Of a stretch of 64,000 nucleotides of DNA, positions 1 to 13,872 are shown piece after piece. The DNA is taken from NCBI RefSeq assembly GCF_963921235.1, contig NC_086109.1, positions 6,698,001 to 6,762,000 of the forward strand, written 5' to 3'. The notes under the pieces are model-generated. The model did not search any database and was not told the origin of the DNA. It worked only from the letters and a program-made list of their open reading frames with translations. This DNA comes from Mobula hypostoma. Lineage: Eukaryota. How positions within the stretch are numbered: the stretch's first letter is position 1; the number at the start of each line of letters is the position of its first letter. Both the position numbers and the translations under genes were made by a program.

Positions 1-347
1 ACACATTGCACTGAAATTAAGTGCATGTTAGAAGAAAATAAGCATGTACAATGTCAAGGGGTCAGAACTGATTGTAATTTTAAAAAGTTTTACACTAAAT
101 TATTCTCTGTATGCAGAACATAAGAAATAAAATAAGAGGTGGACTGATGTAAGTTTAGAGCACAATGGCTATGATTTTTAATGTCATTTCCAGTACACAA
201 GCGTGAAAGAGAATTAAATAATTGTTACTGTGGATCTGATGCAGCACAAAAAAAAGAAACACAATAAGATAAAGAACACAATAATAAAAAATACAATAAA
301 TATAAATATATATTTATATAAGATAATTTGGATAGCTCGTGCGGTTA

Positions 348-453
348 ATGGTAAGGTTGAGTTGTTCTCTGATCTTGGCAATTTATCTGGCCAATGGTGA
401 CGAAACATTTGCAAGTAAATTGCCAAGATTGGAGCACAACTCGACCCAACCAT
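348..453. repeat. Imperfect ~106 nt inverted repeat (hairpin)
   Basis: atggtaaggttgagttgttctctgatcttggcaattta pairs with taaattgccaagattggagcacaactcgacccaaccat. Confidence 0.75.
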
Positions 454-478
454 ATATTTATTAGCATATAATTATAGA

Positions 479-493
479 GTGTGTGTGTGTATA

Positions 494-533
<40 letters not shown>

Positions 534-534
534 C

Positions 535-572
<38 letters not shown>
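479..572. repeat. Compound microsatellite (TG)n(TA)n(CA)n, self-complementary
   Basis: Directly visible. Confidence 0.95.
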
Positions 573-575
<3 letters not shown>

Positions 576-1901
576 TTGATTATACTATATGTACATAAAA
601 TGCTAGGCACAGGAATGTCTATATAAAGTGGCTCTGAACTCTGACAAGAAATGATAAAGTAGTGGTGGTGAAGTTAGTTATTGGGTGGAGGTGTTGATCA
701 ACCTTACTGCTTGTAATGTATAAAATTTGGTGAGTTGACAAGCAGACCAGGCAAGCAGTTGCCTGTTCGTGTTGTACTCAGACTTGCACCTTACAGCCAG
801 TATCCTCAACTGCTAAATTACAATTCCTGGGTACTGTCTTTCATTGACAGTAAGGGGACACATCCACTAGCCCTTGCTGTTGATGTTGAATTGCTAGTCA
901 AACACTGGTGATAAGACCACCTATTGTCCTTTGGCTTATGAGAGTAGCAAATGCTCGAAAATTTTGGGTGGAGGGCTTCAATGTCTGTAATAATAAGTGG
1001 CATCATTGAGTTTTGGATAAAATATCGCCAGAGCAGTCTGTAGTAAAAAATGTGCACATGAACACAAGAAATAAACTTCCAGGCCCTTATTCATATCTAT
1101 CTTCTCAATGCAGATTATGTTGACGGGAATTGGTCTTGTCCTTTCTCTAGTGCTGTCATAGAGCATTACTGCATTGATATAGGCCCCTTTGGTGCAATGA
1201 ATCCATGCCGATCACAGTGCCCATCCAGCTAGACCCAGTTTCCTACATTTGGCCCATGTCTCGAAGCCTTGTCCCTATCCAAGTGCTTCTTAAGTGATGC
1301 TACTGTACCCATCTCAACCACTTCCTGTGGCAGCTCGTTCCATATACCGGCCACCTTCTGTGTGAAAATATATATCCCTCACCAAATCATGTGACATGAT
1401 CGTTATGATGGGCCATCACCAAAATCTAATCTTGTGGCCTGGTGTACCTTTATTTTGTCACCACTTGATGGTGGACAGAGGCAGACAAAAATGCTAGTCT
1501 TGTCTCTGTTCTGATTGACAAAACAAAATCAGAAGTTGTGGGGATTCTAAGTATTTATTAATTTATAAATTGCATTATCTAGGCCTGCAGCTTGTGTAGT
1601 TCCATCACTACAAGAGTGTAAATGCTGTCTGAAATATATAGCTAGGGTGCCTAAGACTTTTGCATAGTACTGTGTGTGTGTGTGTGTGTGTAATAGATAG
1701 TGTTCATGGACCCTTCAGAAGTTTTGACAATGGAGAGAAAGAAGCTGTCCTTAAGCGTTGAAGGTGTGTCTTCAGGTTCCGATACCTTCTCCGTAATGGT
1801 AGTAATACAAAGAGGGCATGTCTTGGATGGTGAGGGTCCTTAGTGATGAATACTGCCTTCGGGCACCACGTTTTTAAGATGTCCTCAATGGTTTGGAGGT
1901 T

Positions 1902-2470
1902 TAGAAACATAGAAAACCTACAGCACAATACAGGACCTTCGGCCCACAAAGCTGTGCCGAACATGTCCTCACCCCAGAAATTACCTGCTGTTTCCCATAG
2001 CCCTCTATTTTTCTGAGCTTCATGTACCTATCCAGGAGTCTCTTAAAAGAGCCTATCTTATCTGCTTCCACCACCATTGCCGGCAGCCCATTCCACACAC
2101 TCACCACTCTCTGCGTTTTAAAAAAAAACTTACCCCGACATCTCCTCTGTACCGACTTCCAAGCACCTTAAAACTGTGCCCTCTCATGCTAGCCATTTCA
2201 GCCCTGGGAAAAAGCCTTTGACTATCCACACGATCAATGTCTCTCATCATCTTATACACCTCTGTCAGGTCACCTCTCATCCTCCGTCGCTCCAAGGAAA
2301 ACAGGCCGAGTTCACTCATTCTGTTTTCGTAAGGCGCGCTCCCCAATTTAGGCAACATCCTTGTAAATCTCCTCTGCATCCTTTCTATGGTTTCCACATC
2401 CTTCGTATAGTGAGGCGACCAGAACTGAGCACAGTACTCCAAGTGGGGTCTGACCAGAGTCTTATATAGT
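1902..2470 (-). mobile_element. CR1 LINE 3' fragment inserted in an L2-like fragment (~1700-1900)
   Basis: ORF EYCAQFWSPHY...QRRFTRMLP...RRRMRGDL; TTTCTA/TATG tail. Confidence 0.85.
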
Positions 2471-2615
2471 TTGTGCCCAAGATGCTGTCTTATTCATCTG
2501 GATTTTATATATTTATTTTCTACTTCATATTTATTTTCTAAGTGGAAGTTTTTGGTCCAGCCATGCAAGGGCTGATAAGTTTTCTGAAAGAGGTTTTTCT
2601 CTATCCTTGTTTCAG

Positions 2616-2769
2616 ATGACTCTTCGGAAGATTATGGGAGTCTCCTTCGGCTTGTTTCTTTTGTAAAAAAGACCAAATCAGTTACACCTGATAACTACAG
2701 GGATTCGTTAAATTGTCCTCCAAGCCAGCTGCATGGAACAGAATTGAAACAATTTTCTTCAGGATTACG
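2616..2769 (+). CDS. Internal coding exon of an unidentified gene entering from the left (DSSEDYGSLLRLVSFVKKTKSVTPDNYRDSLNCPPSQLHGTELKQFSSGLR)
   Basis: Polypyrimidine+ttcag acceptor, gtaatt donor, open frame; CG|G joins in frame to the next exon. Confidence 0.75.
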
Positions 2770-2990
2770 GTAATTTATTTTCCTTGCGGAACATTTAGCA
2801 GTTTATTTATTAAGGTTTGTTTCTGTATTTCCATGGAATTTTGATGTTCATGATCTAAACATGTAGAAGTCAAATGATTAAAGATGTGCTAGAATTTGAC
2901 AAGTTGTAAAAATACACAAGAAATATTTGGGTTTTCAAATACAATGAATTGTTTATTCTAATGAGTTTGTATTTTATTGCTCATTTTAAG

Positions 2991-3354
2991 GGAGCTGGAA
3001 TATCCAAGGCAGAGAGAAAATCAGAGATCTGGGGAGAGAAGCGGATCTGTGAGGGATCGCTCCAGGAGTCCGAGTTCCAGTGATGGTCACTATCAAGATA
3101 AAAAAATGGATTATGATCCAGAGCGGCAACAAAGGATTCATTGTGATTATTCTCCTCGGAGGGATCACCATTCAGACCGAAGCCGAGATAAAAGGGACAG
3201 CTATGGTCTAGAAGGGCCTTGTGACTCTCTGAGATATACCTCTAGAAGTGATGATATCTGGCATGTTTATTCAGAAAAGAGTGGAAAAGGACACGATTAC
3301 AGTGAAGAAAAATATCTTAGAAAAAAAGAAAAGGACAGAGAGTACGAGTTTTGA
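2991..3354 (+). CDS. Last coding exon, Arg/Ser/Asp-rich low-complexity tail (ELEYPRQRE...RDRSRSPSSS...KEKDREYEF*)
   Basis: ttttaag acceptor, purine-rich 121-codon open frame, RS/RD dipeptides typical of nuclear RNA-processing proteins. Confidence 0.8.
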
Positions 3355-6300
3355 TGGTATGTGTGTCGATTTTGTCTTTTTGGACAAATCATTATATATA
3401 GTAAAGCCACTGAATATCTTGTAAATGAACATACACACTAAATACCTTGTAAATAAATCTACAGTGATGACCCAATTTAGCATCTTCCACAGGATTCCAG
3501 CAAAATAGATCCCCAATTCGTCTGTAGAGGTTCGCCACCAATAATGCCTCTGGTACATGATCAGCCGTTTAATGTTGATCCTTTTCATGCAGTACTTAAC
3601 TGGCGAAACTCTGTCTGCAGTCTGTGTCTTTAAATATGAGGCTGGTAACATAGTGCCATGTCTTAACCAACAGTAGATCAGGTTAATTACAGTTACACAG
3701 TGAACATTGCACAGAAGTAAGCCTTTTTAGCTTTGCGTCTTGAACGTCTATCAGAGTGACCCCTAGTTTCGTTACCCACATATGCTTGTTTGGCCTTCCC
3801 TTGAAAGTAACTATACTGTATACCTTGAGTTCTCTGTACAACAATGAGTTCCACATTCCCACCACTGTTGGTGTAGAAGGTTTTTCTAAATTCAGTTTCC
3901 TCTTGACAGTCTTATATTGTTGACAGCAGGTTGTGCTTCTTCCCACAAGTGAAATTGTGTTGTCTTTCCACAAATTCAAGATCTTTTATAATTTTAAAGA
4001 TCTTTATTTGGCCCCGTTTTCCCAAGAGAGTAGTAGTTTGGTCTGTTCATACTTTCCTGATACGTATCCCCTCTCATTTCTAGTAACCTTGTAATCTCCT
4101 CTCATCCTTTTTATAATGAGAGTAGAATTGTACATAGTCCTCTAAATGTAGTCTAACCAAGGTTCAATACAGGTTCAGCATAACTTGGCAACTCTGCCTA
4201 CAGAAAGAAAGCACTTGATGCTTTTTGGTTTTTTATTTTGTTTTATGGTCTTGCTAAGCTGCGGTACTGATTTTATTGAAGTTATTGGAACTCCAAAACC
4301 TCTGCTGTACCCAACTTAGACAAGCACCCTCAGAGTAATAAATAACTGGCCTGTCTTTTCTGTAGGAAATGTACTTAAAGTGATGTTTTCAACCTCGTTT
4401 TTTGATTTTCCCATTTTTTGCAAGTTTATTAATGACATATACTGCAGTAATACTCAGTATCAGACATTTCCCCCCTTTAGTATTGTTTTCAAATTTAGAA
4501 ATTGTCTTTGGTTCGAGAGTCTAAATTGTTAATGTAAAGTGTGAAGAGCATTGTCCTCTTAGAATACCAGTATCTGACATTTTCAACTGTGAATAGCTAC
4601 TCTTTGCACTTCTCTGTGCAGTCTGTGTCCTAAAGTTAGTTAGCAATCCATTTCGTCACTTGTTCCTCATACCTCCATCTTTGACCTTGTTCATAGTCTT
4701 TTTATGAAGTATTTTATTGAAGATCTTTAGCAAGTTGAGTTAAATTGGATCTACTGTATTACATTGTCTACTTTCTCTGTACCTCAAATTCAGTAAAAAA
4801 AAATTCCCTTTTGAAATACCCACTGACTATTCACTGCGATACTTTTCATTTCTAGATGTTCTTTTATCATATTAGCAGGGATTCTGTCCTTTACTATCCA
4901 CAGATACCAGGTTATATTAAAACGTTGTATAATTCTGGTGTGAATTTCTTTAATAATGAGTCCTTCATTGTGAAATATTGTTTGCTTTGGGTTGCTGTGG
5001 TGGAGTAGTGAAAAGAGAAATGAGGGAGGCAGATCCTGGGATACCTGGAGCTGATAAAGCATTGAGTAGTGGTAGAAATTTGGTTAATGCTTTGTAGAAG
5101 TTCTTGAGGACTCCATTGGCCACAGTCAACTCTGGATGTTGCTTCCCAGCTGTCTATGTGATATGCAAACCAGGGCAGTACGATGTGGAGAGCAAGCTGT
5201 TTCCTGTGTAGCAGGCTCCCCCTCTCCACACAGCTGATGGATCCAAAGGAATGGCAGAGACTGATTCAGTTTGGCACCAGCAGCGTTGCAGGAGTTGCCA
5301 GTCAATGTTGAGCTCAGTGTAGAACTACCTTTGGGACTCCAGCTCCGGAGTGTTCCTCGGGGTTTTCTCCTGAAGCCTTCCCCCGTGAGTGGGTGTAGCC
5401 GCAAGGCAGCGGAGGTTTCAGATCCGCGTTTTCCTTCTCCTAGGTGAGCTGCCAACCACGGCTGATGAACCCCATCTGCCTGGAGTGACTGGTTTTAGGG
5501 CTCATTGAATAGGTAGTGGGAGCTCACCTCCCCCCACCCCACAAGCTAAGGAACAGTGTCAAAGATAACAAGAGAAAAAATGTCATTGAGCTGAACTGTT
5601 CATGTGGACTTTATCTCATAAACAAATAATCAAATTTTCCACACTGTTCCATTAATGATCTAGTATAAATTTTGATCTGGTTTTCCCTCACCTATGCTGT
5701 ACAATTAAGTGACGGTTCTTTGCTTTTCCCCATTGCGCATCTTTGTAAGTGTATCTATCTATTACTTTACCCTATCGTAATCCTAAACTTCTTAAGTATA
5801 ATTTTTTATAATGAAAATGCCTGAGTTTTTAAGGCCTCTTGTGGGTGGGGGGTGGGGTGGGGGGCTTCTGCCGTGTCCGCTTGTCAAAGCCTCACTATTA
5901 ACTGCTATGATATTGGTACAACTGAAACTAATTGATATTTTATATAGGTTAATCTGTACCTTTTTTTTGACATTTATGTTCCTGTAAAATTCGTGTGTCT
6001 TTTAAAATCCTAATTAACTTTAGGTAATAATTCTAATGTTTTTATTTTAAATCTGTAAATCTCTTTCCATAGCATCAAGCCAAATTCAAGTGGAGTTTCA
6101 TTAAGATCATAGGGAGGTGCAACCCAGAAACAGGCCCTTCGGCCCACTGAGTCCATGCTGACCGACAACCTTGAACCTACTTCATTCTCCCCACACTAAC
6201 ATGTATTGACTCCAAATTCAACTGTTCACAAACCTGGTAGGGGTTAATTAACCTACTAACCCATGTGCCTTTGGTATGTGGGAGGAAACGAGAAGAAGCC

Positions 6301-6932
6301 ATGGTCACAAAGAAACACGCAGATTCCGCACAGAAAACACCGTAAGATATTGGAGCAGAATTAGGCCATTTGGCTGATCCATTTCCCTCTCATTCACAAT
6401 CTCCTGACACCAGAGGTCAGGACTAAAGCAGACTCGCTGGTGTTATGAAGTAGCAGCTCTACAAGCTGGGCCATTTGTATTGTTAGAGAGTTCTTTCCCT
6501 GTAACTTGGCTGCATCCAGTAGAAACCTCGCAGCTGGGAGTATAGGACCAGAGGGCGTTGCCTCAGAATAGAGGGATGTCCCTTTAGAATGGATAAGGTG
6601 GAATTTCTTGTGGTCTTATTGACCACTCTGCTGTATAATGTTCATCGCAATGCAGGGATGCTTTGGCCTGTAGATGGATGACGCATTAATTCCAGGCAGT
6701 AGTTTTGTACCTGTATTCGCTGATGTTATTTACATTTTATCGGATTGGTTGCTTTAAGTACATTTTAAAGGAATTGTACAGTCCTTTTGAAAGGAATTCT
6801 GATAGAAAGAATTGGGTCCTCCAGAAAAATCATACTTGAAAGGAACAATATGACTTCGAGGAGCGTGTTGGACAATATTAGGTCTTCATTGAGAAATTTG
6901 CATTCCTCTGCAAAATGCTGGTTGCAAAATTG

Positions 6933-7711
6933 CACTCAGTGGCCATTTTATTAGGTACCTCCTGCACCTAATAAAGTGGCCACAGGGTATGCGTTTATGG
7001 TCTGCTGTTGCTGTAGCTCATCCACTTCAAGTTTCAATGTGTTGTGCATTCAGAGATTCTTATTTATGAAGTGTGGTTATTTGAGTTACTGTCAGCTTGA
7101 ATTCGTCTGGCCATTCTCCTCTGCCTCTCTCATTAACAAGGCGTTTTCACCCACAGAACGGCCGCTCACTGGATGTTATTCGTTTCTCGTACCTTCTCTA
7201 ATAAACTCTAGAGAAAACCCCAGGAGATTGGCAGTTCCTGAAATACTCAAGTCACTTTGTCTGGCACCAACAATCATTCCGTGAACAGTGACTTAGATCA
7301 CACCTCTTCCTCATTCTGATGTTTGATTTGAACAACAACTGAACCTCTTGACCGTGTCTGCATGATTTTATGCATTGATTTGCTGCCGCATGATTTATTC
7401 ATTTAGTAAGACAGTGTGGAGTCGGCCTTTCCAGCCCTTCGAGCTACACTGCACCAGCAACCCCCGATTCACCTTAACGGAATCATGGGACAATTCACAA
7501 CGACCAATTAACCTATCTGGTACGTCTGGATTGTAGGAGGAGACCCACGCATTCCATGGGGAAGATGTACGGAACAGCGCTGGAATTCAACCCTGAACTC
7601 TGGAATGCCCCAGGCTGTAATTGCGTTGTGCTAATCACTGATTAGATTAGATTGGCTGATTAGATATTTGTATTAATGAGCAGGTTGTACCTAATAAGTG
7701 GCCAGTGAGTG
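6933..7711 (-). mobile_element. Non-autonomous Tc1/mariner element with internal SINE insertion
   Basis: TIRs cactcagtggcca..ttattaggtac / gtacctaata.agtggccagtgagtg; homologous to 8590-9130. Confidence 0.8.
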
Positions 7712-8589
7712 TATGTTCTCGGGGTATTGATTTCCAGTATTTCCAGTTGGGTATTTATTCACATTTTTAAGTAACTTGCAAATTATCAAATGGTTTGTAA
7801 TACAAAGCTTACAAAGACTTGATAGGATAGTCCATTAGGTCTTTATTTGTGATAAGTTTGTTAACAGCGTAATGTGTTCTATGGTTGGATTCTCACAATA
7901 TTAATGTCTTTTTATTTATATCTGTTATACTTTCCCTTGTATCTCAGTAGTGTGACAGAATCAGCTTTGTATGAGAAATAATGTGCATCTGTATAATTTG
8001 AGTAACCTTCAGTAAGTATGAATTCTATTGGTTAAAATATATCAAGGAGAAAAGCATCATGTTTGGAAAGTAATTACTGTAAATTTTTTTCAACTTTTTC
8101 CGTCTCTTGTCAATACCTCAGTATCGAGTGCATGGTGAGGTGATCAGGGCTTATTTAGATTTTTTAAATATTCTGATGACCAATCAAATTAACTCAAGCC
8201 ATAAGTACAAAAACTGAAGCGTCTCGGCCTGAAATCTTGACTGTGTACTCTTTTCTATAGATGCTGCGTGACCTGATGATTTCCTCCAGCATTTTGTGTG
8301 TGTTGCTTTGGATTTCCAGCATCTGCAGATTTTCTCTGTTTGTACAAAAGCTGTTGATTTGTATAGAGTAAGGAAAGTTTGCCACGTAATGAATGAGTGA
8401 TATATTTAATGAATTCAGATGCTAGTTATTTTTTGATAGTTAAAGGTGCTAGTGACCTGCTGGGTGTGTGTTAACTCTCTTTGAAGTGAATACTTCAGTA
8501 GCTTGTCCTTCAGCATTTCCCCATCACTGCTGTTGCTCTGTTTTTTCCCTGGTTTATTGGATTAATTTTAATTTGCAGTGTGAGAAATA

Positions 8590-9130
8590 CACTCCCTGGC
8601 CACCTTATTAGATACAGGAGTGGAACCCAGTGTGATGCTGTAGTCCATCCTCTTCAAGGTTTCATGTGTTGTGCGTTCAGAGATGCTTTTCTGCACCACA
8701 CTATTATAATGAGTGGTTATTTGAGTTACTGTCATTTTCCTGTTAGCTTGAACAAATCTGCCCATTCTCCTCTGCCCTCTCTCAGTAACAAGGCATTTTT
8801 GCCCACAGAAATGCCACTTACTGGATGCATTTTTGTTTACCACACCATTCTTTGTAAACTCTAGAGACTGTTATATGTGAAAATCCCAGGAGATCAGCAG
8901 TTTCTGAGATACTCAAACCACCCTGTCTGGCACCAGCAATCATTTCATGAACAAAGTCACCTAGATCACATTTCTTCCCCCATTCTGATGTTTGGTGTGA
9001 ACAAAAGCTGAAACTCTTGACCATGTCTGTGTGCTTTTATGCATTGAGTTGCTGCCACATGATTGGCTGATTAGATATTTGCATTAATAAGCATGTGTAC
9101 AGGTGTACTTAATAAAGTGGCCATTAAGTG
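8590..9130 (-). mobile_element. Tc1-like deletion derivative with transposase HTH remnant
   Basis: TA flanks on both sides, same TIR family; remnants GKKCDLGDF...GARQGGLSISETADLLGFSH.TVSRVY and ERGQRRMGR.VQANRK. Confidence 0.85.
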
Positions 9131-10524
9131 TATGTATTTCCTTTATAGTTCCTGGCAGAAGGCATTGTCGTTCATCACCTTCCACGTTTGTTCCCAGTTG
9201 GAAGTTATTATCCTACCCTCGCCCCACCCCCCGATGTTAACAATAAATAGATCTTAGAGGTCTGAAAGTTTGTTTAATTCTTGCACTTCTTTGTATCATT
9301 TATTTTTATTTACAGATACAGTTTGGTATCTCTAAATAAAATTACAGCAATGTGACCAATTAATTTACTAACAGGTATGTCTTTGGAACGTGGGAGAAAA
9401 TTGGAGCACCTGGAGGAAACTGTCGTGTACCATTCAGCTACGTCTTCTAAAATACAGTAAGAACTATAACAAGTTCAGAGTGGATCACGTTAATAAATGC
9501 ATTTATTTCTTGCAAGAGAACGTCTACCTCCTTATGTTAAATCGTTGGAAGGTAGCTTCAATTTTACAGCTCAGAATAAATCATTTTTATAATTTTACTG
9601 AGATCAGTAATTCATCAACTTCATGTCTTTGAGGTCATTCCATCTCATAATGGTATTCCTTCCTTATCTGGATCCATGCATCTGTTCTTTTAATCAGAAT
9701 TGCATTTTGAGGCTTTTCCCCCTATGACAGCTGCGTCCTTTTCTTCTCTGTTGTCAAAGCACTACCTGCCATAAGCATACATCGTGATAGAAAGCGCAAC
9801 CCGCTTGCAAGCTAAACACTTCAACAAGCCAGCAAAGCATTCTGGGATCACTCAGGTTCCATTTTGTCACATTATATTTGACAAAAGTTATAAATTCATA
9901 AAGACTTAAGGGTTACAGATATATTTCCACAAAACCCATGTGGTTATTGGAAGAATGTATAAACGTCTTATAGTCAGTGGGAATTGAACTCAGGTTTCTG
10001 GCGCTGTAATAGCATTACGCTAATCACTGTGCCGCCCAACAATCAAATAAATGTTCCCAAACCATTATCAAATGTTACCAGACTGTTTCATCATGCTGTA
10101 GACTAATTGAGGTGAATGGGAAAGTATTTCTAATATTTTAATCTAATAGGTAGATAGCGCTCTTATCTGTGCTTTACACTTACATAAATGTACTTGTTTC
10201 AATGTGCAAGGTTATTCAACAATAAAGCACAAAAGAACCCTAATGTTACTGAAAATACAGAAAACTGATGTAGGTCAAGCAGCATTCTGCGAGGGAGAAA
10301 CGGTTAGCGTGCATGAGAACATATCCTTGTCTTCAGAGTCTTTGTCAGGCCATTGACTAACTTTTTCTTTCCACAACTGCCGCCTGACCTGCTCAGTATC
10401 CCCAGCATTTTTTTTTTCTTGTTTAAGAGCTACCTTCGGGTTCGACTGCAACACTTCAGAGAAGTTTGGATAAGGACATAGATGGGAGGAGTATGGAGGG
10501 CTATGGTCCAGGTGTGGGTCATAA

Positions 10525-10910
10525 CATAAAAACATAAGAACATAAAAAATAGGAGCAGGAGTAGGCCATCTGGCCTGTTGAGCCTGCTCCAGCATTCAAT
10601 AAGATCATGGCTGATTTAACCATGGACTCATCTCCACCCACCTGCCTTTTCCCCATAACCCTTAATTCCCCTACTGAGCAAAAATCTATCCAAGCTTGTC
10701 TTAAAGATATTTACGAACGTAGTCTCCATTGCTACATTAGGCAGAGAATTCTACAAGTTCACCACTTTTGGGAAAAGCAGTTCCTCCTCATCTCCGTCCT
10801 AAATTTACTCCCCTGAATCTTGAGGCTGTGTCCTCTAGTTCTAGTCTCATCTACCAGTGGAAACAACTTTCCTGCCCCTCTATCTTATCTATTCCTTATG
10901 TTTCTATATA
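10525..10910 (-). mobile_element. CR1 3' end fragment
   Basis: aacataagaa tail and ataggagcaggagtaggcc 3'UTR motif shared with other CR1 copies here. Confidence 0.7.
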
Positions 10911-13576
10911 AAATTATATCAAGGGGACTAAGTAGAGTAAGGGTTCAGAATGGATTGGTTAGGCTGAAGGACCTGTTTCTGTGCTGTGTGCTCTATGATT
11001 TCCTCTCTTCAGCCTCTCCTTATAACTCCAACCTCCAGCCCTGGTAACGTCCTCATAAATGATTTTTTTTTGCACTCTCTCCAGTTTAATCAGGAGCAGG
11101 AAGAGTTTAACAGTTTAACTATTTATGGGTATGCTATGTTGGCACCCAAAATGTAGTGACATCTGTGGATTGCCCAGCGCAATCCTCACTGATTTGATTT
11201 GATTTGATTTGATGCATCAATGCATTTCACTGTATACTTTGACAAATAAAGCTAATCTTTAACTTTGTCCTTCCAACTGCAGTCCTATCCTTACAGAAAG
11301 ATGATCAATATAGTATTTCCAAAATTTATTTTACTTAGAGATACAGCACGAGCCAGGCTCTTCGGCCCTTCAAGCTGAGCCACTCTGCAACCCACCAATT
11401 TAGTGCTAGCCTAAGCACAGGATGATTTACAATGACCAATTAACCTACTAACTGGTACGCCTTTGGACCGTGGGAGGAAACCCACTCGCACATGGGAAGG
11501 AGTGTACAAGCTTACTTTCTGAGGATGCTGGAATTGAACTTTAAACTCTGACACCCCACGCTGTAATAGTGTCACACTAACTGCGACGTTACTGTGGCTC
11601 CCTCACTGAAACTTTGATCACCTGGGCAGACTCAATCCCAGCTCAGTAGTCTACTACAGCCATTGGTTGGATTATCTGCATATATCAAGAAACCCTCCTA
11701 GATTCAGATGTGCCATAGCGCTCTATAACTCAAATTTTCAACATCTACAGTGTTGCTTTGCATTCCAATCACCTGCAATGCTGAATTGAGCATCTTTGCA
11801 AGGCCTTTGATTCTTGTGATAGCTTTTTATACACATTTCACTACAGCCAGTTAAGTGTATCTTCATCGATATGCACGCCTCGCACAGCCAAGCCTCCTGT
11901 TTCAACAACCACAATAAACCCAATTCGACTCTTTTTACAGGATCTACTACTAAATTCAACAAAGGCCATAAGGACAATTTTCATCTAGACCCTCTAGCAG
12001 ACAATCGTAATGAAGCCCTCAAGTATAAATGACGACAAGACTGGAATCAGCATCCACAAATTTTTCTTTGCAGTCATTGAAACATTCCGTGTGTTGTGCA
12101 ATATTCCCTATACTGTCCTGTTAAATCTTTCTCTAGGATTTTCTCATCACCCTGAACCTCAAAGGGAAGACCTTGATGGTGCCAGTCCTTCCAAAAATGC
12201 TTTTATTTCTGTGCCTCAGGAACACGCACACGCATGTGGCATTTTTGCTGGAATAGATGTGGACCAGGATTCTTACTAGACTAGTCAGCAGCATTGGATG
12301 GAGTCTTTGATAATGCTGTCTGCTTTATTGAAACTGCGAGAATTGCAGACAGAGTCCATGAAGGGGAGGCTGGTTTCTGTGATGTGCTGAGCTGTGTTCA
12401 CAACTCTGTAACTTCTGGCAGTCGCGGACAGAGCATTTGCTGTACCAAGCTGTGATGCATCTGAATTGGTGCTTTCTGTGGTGCATTGTTCAGGAATCCT
12501 GTCAGATTTCTGTAGTTTTCTGAGGAGGTAGAGGTGCTGCTGAGCTTTCTTGCCCATGATATCAATGTGATTGCACCAAGATAGAGCTCTATCCTGGTCA
12601 CATATCCCTATTGATTTTCTCGTGCAGGCTCTGTCATGTCTTCTCTATAACCTGTAGGGCAACACTGATCAGTAATGGTTGCAGATAAATGTTCCTTTTC
12701 TTCTTAAAACCATCACCCCTATTTGGGTATAGGCTGCCACAGCACCTCGCCTGAGTCCTCTGTCCTGAGCTGAAGGTTGAACTTCATACATCTAGGCAAA
12801 GATCCTTCCTCTCCCAGGATCTTTGAATATTTGGAGCTTCTGTTGGGATTTCTGTAACAGTGTTTTTACAGGATGGGGTTGCTAGCCCCTTGCCCAGCCC
12901 TCCTCCTCCTCCTGCAGCCAGGCTTGGGACCATCCAAGGCGGAATTAAATGCTCCTTTTACATGGCCATAATTAACTATCTCATGGTATCAATTATTCTG
13001 CTTGGGCAAACCCAGAACATTTTTATACATAATAGAACTCTTAAATAACAAATGTTCTAACCTGCTTTAGGTGTACATCAAACAATGTGCATGAATTTTC
13101 TGAAAAAATAGCATTGATTAGATTGCACCAGAATATTTTAGACTTTCTGTCTGTGGTGTCTATGATTCTCTTCTCCACCTTCCCTCCCCTTGCTCTGTCC
13201 ACCCTCTCCCAGCCTCTCATTTTACCCAGTGGTGCAAATTAATAGTTGAAAATTGGTGACAGCACAGTAATGCGAATTTTGTTGTGGCCAGTGTTTTCTG
13301 AACTGCCTTCTAAAATCATTCAGTTAAGAGCATTGTACATGATTAGGCAATTGCATCTTTTGTTTTAGTTGCCCAGAATGAACATTAGAAGTTGGCTAAA
13401 ATGAACCATTTCTCCCTTTAGAATAGAGGTGGGGCAGGGATTTCTTTAGCCAGAGGGTGGAGGCCAAGTCATTGGGGTACTTGATTAGCAATGGCGTCAA
13501 AATTCAAAGTAAGTTTGTTAGCAAAGTATGTAGTGTCCCCATATGCTATCATGAGGTAGCATATGGGGACATATGT

Positions 13577-13872
13577 GGGCATGTGGCCAAGTGGTTAAGG
13601 CATTGGACTAGCGACCTGAAGGTCGTGAGTTTGAGCCCCAGCCGAGGGAATGTGTTGTGTCCTTGAGCAAGGCACTTAATCACACATTGCTCTGCGACGA
13701 CACTGGCGCCAAGGTGTATGTGTCCTAATGCCCTTCCCTTGGACAACATTGGTGTTGTGGAGAGGGGAGACTTGCAGCATAGGCAACTGCTGGTCTTCCA
13801 TACAACCTTGCCCAGGCCTGCGCCCTGGAGAGTGAAGACTTTCCAGGTGCAGATTCATGGTCTTGCAAGACC
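13577..13872 (+). mobile_element. tRNA-derived SINE
   Basis: Head gggcatgTGGCCAAGTGG...GAGTTTGAGCCC with Pol III A/B boxes, followed by tgtgtccttgagcaaggcactta core; not a functional tRNA. Confidence 0.85.

Noticed and set aside
345..572. ORFs rich in CV/HT repeats (also 52816-53025)
   Set aside because: Translations of microsatellites
11880..12279. Short plus-strand ORFs with ag acceptors
   Set aside because: No recognisable homology and no phase-compatible partner exons
13577..13648. tRNA-like sequence with A and B boxes
   Set aside because: Imperfect acceptor and anticodon stems; runs directly into a SINE body, so it is a SINE head
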